A stretch of DNA of 64,000 nt. Source: Candidatus Undinarchaeota archaeon (GTDB lineage Archaea > SpSt-1190 > JASMDC01). The translations under genes and the position numbers were made by a program. Positions 56,520 through 64,000 of the stretch are shown here, piece by piece (position 1 is the first letter of the stretch; every line of letters starts with the position of its first letter). Location of the stretch: NCBI GenBank assembly GCA_964519305.1, contig CAZFHY010000016.1, positions 1 to 64,000 on the forward strand, written 5' to 3'. The notes under the pieces were generated by a model that had not been told where the DNA came from, ran no database searches, and saw nothing but the letters and a program-made list of their open reading frames with translations.

Positions 56520-57636
56520 CCGGTTGGCGGCCAACGGTATCAGCGGTCTGATGGACACCATCCGTCCCGGCGTGGTGCCGGGCAGCGACGTGGCCCATCT
56601 GGCCATCCTCGGGTACGATCCTTACGAGGTCTACACGGGGCGCGGGCCGTTCGAGGCAGCCGGAGTGGGCATCGAGCTCAAGGCCGGTGACATAGCGTTC
56701 CGCTGCAACTTCGGTTCCGTGGACGATGCCGGGACCGTGACCGACCGACGCGCGGGAAGGATCAAGGACGCCTCGCCGTTCGATGACGTGCTCGGCGCAA
56801 TAGAGCTCGACGGTGCAACGCTGCAGTTCAAGGCGGGCACCGAGCACCGGGGAGCGTTGGTGCTCAGGGGCGAAGGTCTTTCTGCGGCCGTGGGCCCGCT
56901 CGATCCAAAGAAGGAGGGCAAGCCGCTCAAGGAGTGCAAACCACTGGACGACACTCCCGAGGCCGCCAGGACGGCCAACATCCTCAACCAGTTCTCGGAC
57001 AAGGCGCGCGAGGCGCTCGGGGCCCATCCTCTCAATGAACAGCGTCTTGCCGAGGGCAAGCTGCCCGCCAACGCGCTGCTCATCCGCGGCGCGGGTGTCG
57101 TACCGCACATCCCCGACTTCGAGGAGCGGTTCGAGCTCAAGGCGGCCTGTATCTCGGGCGCTGCCTTCTATGCCGGTATCGCCCGGTCCATGGGCATGGA
57201 CATCGTGAAGGTCAAGGGTGCCACCGGCGGGCTGGACACGGACGTGAGCGTCAAGATAGATGGGGCCTGCAAGCTTCTGGTCAAGGGCTACGACCTGGTG
57301 TTCGTGCACGTCAAGGCGACCGACAACCTCGGCCACGACGGGAAGGCCGTCGAGAAGGCGGAGATGATCGAACGCATCGACGACGCGCTGGACGAAATGC
57401 CCCCCGAGGGGACGCTCATCGTACTGACCGGCGACCACTCGACGCCGTGCGAGATGCGCGACCACTCGGCCGATCCCGTACCCATCGTCATGAGCGGTCC
57501 GGGTGTGCGCCCCGACGCGGTGGACTCGTTCGGGGAGAGGCCTGCAATGGCAGGCGGTCTGGGCCGTCTCAGAGGCATCGAGGTGATACCCACCATCCTG
57601 GGCATTACCGGACGTGCCAAGAAGTACGGTGCCTGA
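56407..57636 (+). CDS. apgM: 2,3-bisphosphoglycerate-independent phosphoglycerate mutase, archaeal type
   Basis: DGLG, TPLEVARTPNLD, PGSDVAHL.ILGYDP, GRGPFEAAG, HVKATD..GHDG, TGDHSTP, HSADPVP. Confidence 0.95.
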   Translation: MKEKTKVLLIICDGLGGRPVEALGGLTPLEVARTPNLDRLAANGISGLMDTIRPGVVPGSDVAHLAILGYDPYEVYTGRGPFEAAGVGIELKAGDIAFRCNFGSVDDAGTVTDRRAGRIKDASPFDDVLGAIELDGATLQFKAGTEHRGALVLRGEGLSAAVGPLDPKKEGKPLKECKPLDDTPEAARTANILNQFSDKAREALGAHPLNEQRLAEGKLPANALLIRGAGVVPHIPDFEERFELKAACISGAAFYAGIARSMGMDIVKVKGATGGLDTDVSVKIDGACKLLVKGYDLVFVHVKATDNLGHDGKAVEKAEMIERIDDALDEMPPEGTLIVLTGDHSTPCEMRDHSADPVPIVMSGPGVRPDAVDSFGERPAMAGGLGRLRGIEVIPTILGITGRAKKYGA

Positions 57637-57647
57637 GGCGAGAACGC

Positions 57648-58547
57648 GTGCGTATCCTCTACCTCTCCGACATACACGGCAACCTCCTCCTCCTGCGTCG
57701 CGCGCTTGCGATCGCGCAGGAGAAGAAGGCCGACCTGGTGGTGCTCGGCGGCGACCTGTGCTGCCGGCTCGACCTCCACATAGTCGTGTCCGAGGGGGAC
57801 GCGCACGTGCACTTCGACGAGGAGCTGGAGGACGGCGAGGATATCGAGGACCCGCAGGAGGTGGAGAGGTCCCTTTGGGAGCAGGGCATACCATGCATGG
57901 TGGTCGATGTGGAGGAGCTCGAGGCCTTGCAGGAGGAGCTTGCTGATCCCGAACTGGGGGCCGGTTTCTACGACGGGCTCCAGATGCAATCACTGCAATT
58001 GGTGGCCGACGCGATCAATGCATCGCCCGTACCCGTCGTGTGCATACCCGGTAACGATGATCCCGAAGGCACGGACGCCATGCTCAAGAAGCTGAAGGTG
58101 ACCAGCCTCCACGGCCGTACCAAGCGCGTGAAGGGATACACCTTCGTCGGTTTCGGAGGTATCAATTTCACACCATTGCGGACCACCAACCTCGAGTTCG
58201 AGGAGCTGGAGCTGAGAGAACAGATCGTCAAGACGTCGAAGAAGGCCAAGCCGCCTGTCGTGCTCGTCGTCCACGCACCGCCGCTGAACACCAACCTCGA
58301 CGAGGTGCCCTCGGGCAGGCACGTTGGGAGCTCGGGAGTGCGGGACGCGATCAAGGACGTGAAGCCCGTGCTCTCCCTGCACGGCCATATCCACGAATCG
58401 GTTGGGATGGACCGTATAGGTCCGACGATGTGCGTGAACACCGGCAGTTTCTACGAGGACGACCTGCTCTCGGCCGCCGTTATCGAGCTTTCGGGCAAGG
58501 ACGTGAGCGTCAAGTTCCTGTCGGAGGAATGCGAGCCCGGGAAATGA
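57648..58547 (+). CDS. metallophosphoesterase (Icc-like)
   Basis: SDIHGN, GGDL, PGNDD, HAPP, HVGS, HGHIHES, NTGS; start moved to GTG at 57648. Confidence 0.9.
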   Translation: MRILYLSDIHGNLLLLRRALAIAQEKKADLVVLGGDLCCRLDLHIVVSEGDAHVHFDEELEDGEDIEDPQEVERSLWEQGIPCMVVDVEELEALQEELADPELGAGFYDGLQMQSLQLVADAINASPVPVVCIPGNDDPEGTDAMLKKLKVTSLHGRTKRVKGYTFVGFGGINFTPLRTTNLEFEELELREQIVKTSKKAKPPVVLVVHAPPLNTNLDEVPSGRHVGSSGVRDAIKDVKPVLSLHGHIHESVGMDRIGPTMCVNTGSFYEDDLLSAAVIELSGKDVSVKFLSEECEPGK

Positions 58548-58612
58548 GCCTTCCGGCCGGCAATCCCAAGCTTATTTAAAAGAACAACCTCTTTTGGTTG
58601 GAGGGAGTAGGT

Positions 58613-59332
58613 ATGTCAGGTAGCGTCATCATCATCGACCGGTGCGGGGACATCTCGCTGACCTCGTCCGAGCCTGGGGGCATCTCTGTCATGGTCGAGG
58701 CCCTCCAGAGCAGGGATATCGAGGTCCGTATCTTCCGGGACAGGGAGTTCATCCAGACCGACCTCGACTGCGACTGCGTGTTCATCGCTTATCCCACGGC
58801 GTCCTTCACCGAGACCGAGATAACCGCGCTCCACCGCTACGTCAACGCCGGTGGCGGTCTCTTCCTCATCGGCGAGTGGGGGAACACATCGAACAACACC
58901 AGCATCCTCAACTCTATCGCGGAAAAGTACTCTGTCGCCTTCAATCCCGACCGCATCTGCGATCCGCAGTACTTCATCCGGGACGGTTTCCAGTCCAAGA
59001 TCTACGATGTGAAGGTATTCAACCTGCGCCAGCACCCCATCACCCGCGGTGTGCGCGAGTTCCGCATCGTGGCCGCATGCTCTCTCAACGCCCCGTACGA
59101 CAACGTCATCGCGTGGGCTTCCAAGGCCTCTTTCGGCGACCTCGACTTCGACTCGGAGCAGGACGCCTACGAGGCCGGACAGTACCTGCCCGTAATGGCC
59201 ACCGTTGAGTACGGCCGGGGGCGTGTGGCGTTCATCGGCGACCTGTCGTTCATGTCCAACCAGCACATCCTGAACATGAACAATGGTCAGTTGCTCATGA
59301 ACATCATCCTCTTCCTCATGAAGAAGCTCTAG
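58613..59332 (+). CDS. GldG/IFT52 (GIFT)/DUF4350-like class I GATase-fold protein, no signal peptide
   Basis: P..SFT..EI.AL..YVNAGGGLFLIGE, HPITRGV, YGRGRVAFIGD, NNGQLLMNII.FL. Confidence 0.75.
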   Translation: MSGSVIIIDRCGDISLTSSEPGGISVMVEALQSRDIEVRIFRDREFIQTDLDCDCVFIAYPTASFTETEITALHRYVNAGGGLFLIGEWGNTSNNTSILNSIAEKYSVAFNPDRICDPQYFIRDGFQSKIYDVKVFNLRQHPITRGVREFRIVAACSLNAPYDNVIAWASKASFGDLDFDSEQDAYEAGQYLPVMATVEYGRGRVAFIGDLSFMSNQHILNMNNGQLLMNIILFLMKKL

Positions 59333-59342
59333 GCTGGCCGGG

Positions 59343-60068
59343 ATGGAGCTCCTCCTCCTTGGCACGGGCAACGCTTTCACTCCACAGGGCAGACTGTGGT
59401 CGGGAGCGCTCCTCGACGGCCGTCTCCTCCTCGACTGCCCGGCCACCACGCTCCCCCGCCTGCGCGAGCACGGAATAGATCCCTGTTGCATAGATGGCGT
59501 CGTTCTATCGCATGGGCACTTCGACCATATCGCCGGCCTGCCCTTCCTGCTCCTCGAGTACCGCTTCCGGACGCCGCGGGACGGGCCGCTGACAGTGGCC
59601 TGCCATCCGGGGACCTGGGCCGCGGTACAACGCCTCATCGAGCTCTCGTATCCCGGTACGTTCCCTCCCGACTTGCTGGAGGGGCTGTTGCTGCATCATC
59701 CGGGAAAGGAGGGTGCAGTTGCGGGCATCGATTTCCATCGCATGCCGGTCCACCACACGTCGCATCTGCCCTGCTGTGGCTACCGTCTGTCGTGCGGTCC
59801 GACGACGCTCGCCTATACGGGGGATACAGGCCCCGGACCCGAGCTCGACGCCCTTCTTGACGGTGCGGACGTGGCGCTCATCGAGGTGGGCGAGCGCGAA
59901 CCGGTGGGCGGGCACTGCTGCCCGGCGACCATCCGGGAGCTGGCCGGTCGTTTCGGGAGCTGCCGCTTCCTGCTCACCCACGTGCACGAGGACGATGGTG
60001 CTCTGACCTCGCTGGAGGACCTGTCAAACGTCCACCTGCTCAGTGACGGGGAGCGTGTGCAGCTCTAG
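59343..60068 (+). CDS. metallo-beta-lactamase-fold hydrolase, RNase Z/ElaC-like
   Basis: LGTG, LLLDC, SHGHFDH, YTGDT, GHC, LTH. Confidence 0.88.
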   Translation: MELLLLGTGNAFTPQGRLWSGALLDGRLLLDCPATTLPRLREHGIDPCCIDGVVLSHGHFDHIAGLPFLLLEYRFRTPRDGPLTVACHPGTWAAVQRLIELSYPGTFPPDLLEGLLLHHPGKEGAVAGIDFHRMPVHHTSHLPCCGYRLSCGPTTLAYTGDTGPGPELDALLDGADVALIEVGEREPVGGHCCPATIRELAGRFGSCRFLLTHVHEDDGALTSLEDLSNVHLLSDGERVQL

Positions 60069-61402
60069 AACTTACCTGCCACCAGGTCGGCGGCGATCTT
60101 GCTCGCGCGTGAGGCCAGTTCTGCAGAGATCGTCCCATCTTCCACGGCCGCGCTCAGCTGCTCCTCGTTGACTATCTTGCGCTCACCTTCTTTCTCCACG
60201 ACAGCGATGCCGAAGCTCACGTAGGACACGCCCTGCGGCCTGAGCTCGATGGGCGTACAGATAGTATGGTTGCGGAACGTCTCGTTCCCCTCCGGATCGA
60301 AGTAGATGGTGGGGAACGTCCATGCACCCTGTTGGATCTCCACTAGGGCAAGGTCGCCCACGTGGGTCGGGCCCATGAGCATGAGGTCGGTACCGTCGAA
60401 CGAGCGCACGTCGACCTCCCACGCCCGGCGCTTGCCGGTGACGGTCAGCTCCTCGATCTCGATAGTGGCCCCCGGACGCAGCTTCTGCAGCGCACGGCGG
60501 AGTATGGCGGAAGCACCCCGCTCACCCTTCTCGCCCAGCTCCTCGATGACCTCGATGGCGAACCCCGCCTCGGGTCCGAGAGAGGACAGGAAGTGGTGGT
60601 GCGGTATGGTGGGCGTCGAGACCGCACGCAGCTCGTCCAGACCCTCCATGGCCTCATAGGGGAAGAGCACCTTGAGGAAGTCGTGGGGCGAGTACAGCAG
60701 ACCCACCTCGTCGTCGCCTTCCATGAGCTGCTCGAGCCGCTCGAGGATCTCCCGCTTCTCGATGACCTCTTTCTCCAGCGTCTTCACGTTGGCGTTCTGT
60801 GCCTCGATCTTCCAGTGGATGCCCCAGCTCACGGGCCGGAGTGTCTCTCCCAGCTGGATGAGCACGTCGGACCGCTCGGGGTCCATGCCATCGGCCGCGG
60901 TGACGTCCGTCACCGATGAGAACACGAGGTGCCGGGACGGGACCGATATGGTCTGGCTGACGATGGGACGCAGCGGTGGACGCGGGACGTCAACGACCTG
61001 TATGATGGGCCGGTCGCCCTGCTCGAAGGACTGGTGTGTGAACTTGAACGGGAGGTAGCCTTCGCACACGTCCAGGTCCACGATAGCGCCCTCGTTGAGA
61101 AGATGGAGCACCTCGCCCCGGTAGATGTTGCCGATCTCGACGTAGTCGGTAGGGACGAGCGCACCGAGCCGGTCACGGATCGCGTTCGCGACCGCGTCCC
61201 GCTCCGGACCCACCACGGACACACCGCGGTGGCTGGGAAGATGATGTACTATGTTATCGCCCGGGCTCTCGGCCCCACCGGTCACGGGCGCGAACCCGGC
61301 ATCGGTGAGTAGCCTAGTCAGCGGCGTCGAAAAGGCGCCGCTGAGCCTGACCCGCGGGACGTTCTTCCCTTTGTTCTTCGTCTTCCCTTTGCTCGGGCTC
61401 AT
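60065..61402 (-). CDS. FAU-1/AubA-like RNA-binding ribonuclease (S1 plus DUF402-like)
   Basis: RVRLSGAFSTPLTRLLTDAGF, S1 segment GNIYRGEV..AIVDL, LDELR..TPTIPHHH, Y....G......ICTPIEL; start moved to ATG at 61402. Confidence 0.8.
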   Translation of the reverse strand: MSPSKGKTKNKGKNVPRVRLSGAFSTPLTRLLTDAGFAPVTGGAESPGDNIVHHLPSHRGVSVVGPERDAVANAIRDRLGALVPTDYVEIGNIYRGEVLHLLNEGAIVDLDVCEGYLPFKFTHQSFEQGDRPIIQVVDVPRPPLRPIVSQTISVPSRHLVFSSVTDVTAADGMDPERSDVLIQLGETLRPVSWGIHWKIEAQNANVKTLEKEVIEKREILERLEQLMEGDDEVGLLYSPHDFLKVLFPYEAMEGLDELRAVSTPTIPHHHFLSSLGPEAGFAIEVIEELGEKGERGASAILRRALQKLRPGATIEIEELTVTGKRRAWEVDVRSFDGTDLMLMGPTHVGDLALVEIQQGAWTFPTIYFDPEGNETFRNHTICTPIELRPQGVSYVSFGIAVVEKEGERKIVNEEQLSAAVEDGTISAELASRASKIAADLVAGKF

Positions 61403-61913
61403 GATGCATTTCCTCCCTTGTCCGTTCCTCGTGGCCCCCACTGACCTGGCGCCGCCCTTCGGCGGTGAGCTCCAGGTAATCGCCGTCCCAGCGGAGACGG
61501 TGTGAGCGGACGAGGACCTCGACGAGACGTCTTGCCTGGAACGCCTCGCCCACGACCCGGTTCTCGACCAGGAATCCCGCGGCCATGTCGCCGCGCACCC
61601 TCTTGGCCTGCTGGAACGCCTCCAGCGCCCGGACCATCCTGTCGGGCCGTCGTCGTCCGGCACCCAGCTCTTCTACGACCTGCTCGATATGCTTGTCCTC
61701 CTCCTCCACCTTCAGGCTGAGGGCCCTGAAGGACGGGCGGAGCTTGAGCACGATTAGGTCGGATAGGTCCTGGATGAAGGTCTCCAGATGTAGCGCGCGC
61801 CGTTCCCGCGACGAGAGCGCCCTGTCGAGCGCATCCGCGGCGGAGCGGAGCATACGGTCCTCGCGTTCCTGCTCTGAAAGGTCTCCGTCCAGCACGATGC
61901 CCCTCGGGAGCAT
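61314..61913 (-). CDS. hypothetical helical protein with winged-helix-like C-terminal segment
   Basis: TTTTTATAT box upstream; ..LVRSHRLRWDGDYLELTAEGR. Confidence 0.6.
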   Translation of the reverse strand: MLPRGIVLDGDLSEQEREDRMLRSAADALDRALSSRERRALHLETFIQDLSDLIVLKLRPSFRALSLKVEEEDKHIEQVVEELGAGRRRPDRMVRALEAFQQAKRVRGDMAAGFLVENRVVGEAFQARRLVEVLVRSHRLRWDGDYLELTAEGRRQVSGGHEERTREEMHHEPEQREDEEQREERPAGQAQRRLFDAAD

Positions 61914-61920
61914 GGCGTGA

Positions 61921-64000
<2,080 letters not shown>

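Noticed and set aside
56428-57993. 521-aa minus-strand ORF
   Set aside because: Antisense shadow of apgM and the metallophosphoesterase gene.

Overview
GC-rich archaeal chromosomal window. Evidence for Archaea: TFE, archaeal apgM, a FAU-1-like RNase, CDC48/VAT, DUF460 and DUF4443 proteins, TATA-like boxes about 25 nt upstream of many starts, and an intronless tRNA-Arg(UCU). The lineage cannot be fixed from the sequence alone. Housekeeping genes (thiL, BtuFCD-type importer, mscS, ALDH, M50 protease, NYN, tfe, apgM, RNase Z-like, fau-1, cdc48) are interleaved with eight radical-SAM genes. These are two divergent Tes/GDGT-MAS (MJ0619)-like paralogues, four cobalamin-dependent (class B) enzymes (two with an unusual EQN in place of DD[N/T]), one HxsC4-like enzyme and one SPASM/twitch enzyme. 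Nearby are a NodU/CmcH carbamoyltransferase, an ArnT/PMT glycosyltransferase, a divergent squalene/phytoene-synthase-fold protein and a PHP hydrolase. Together these are a candidate undescribed lipid or cell-envelope tailoring system. Other oddities: a GH63-like hydrolase whose canonical N-terminal WxWDS segment sits near the C-terminus; a 1279-aa 13-residue-repeat solenoid fused to tandem HTH-like units; and a zinc-ribbon-decorated type IV secretion/pilus ATPase operon without a platform or pilin gene. No CRISPR array, rRNA or recognisable transposase/integrase was seen. All calls come from motif recognition by eye; no searches were run.
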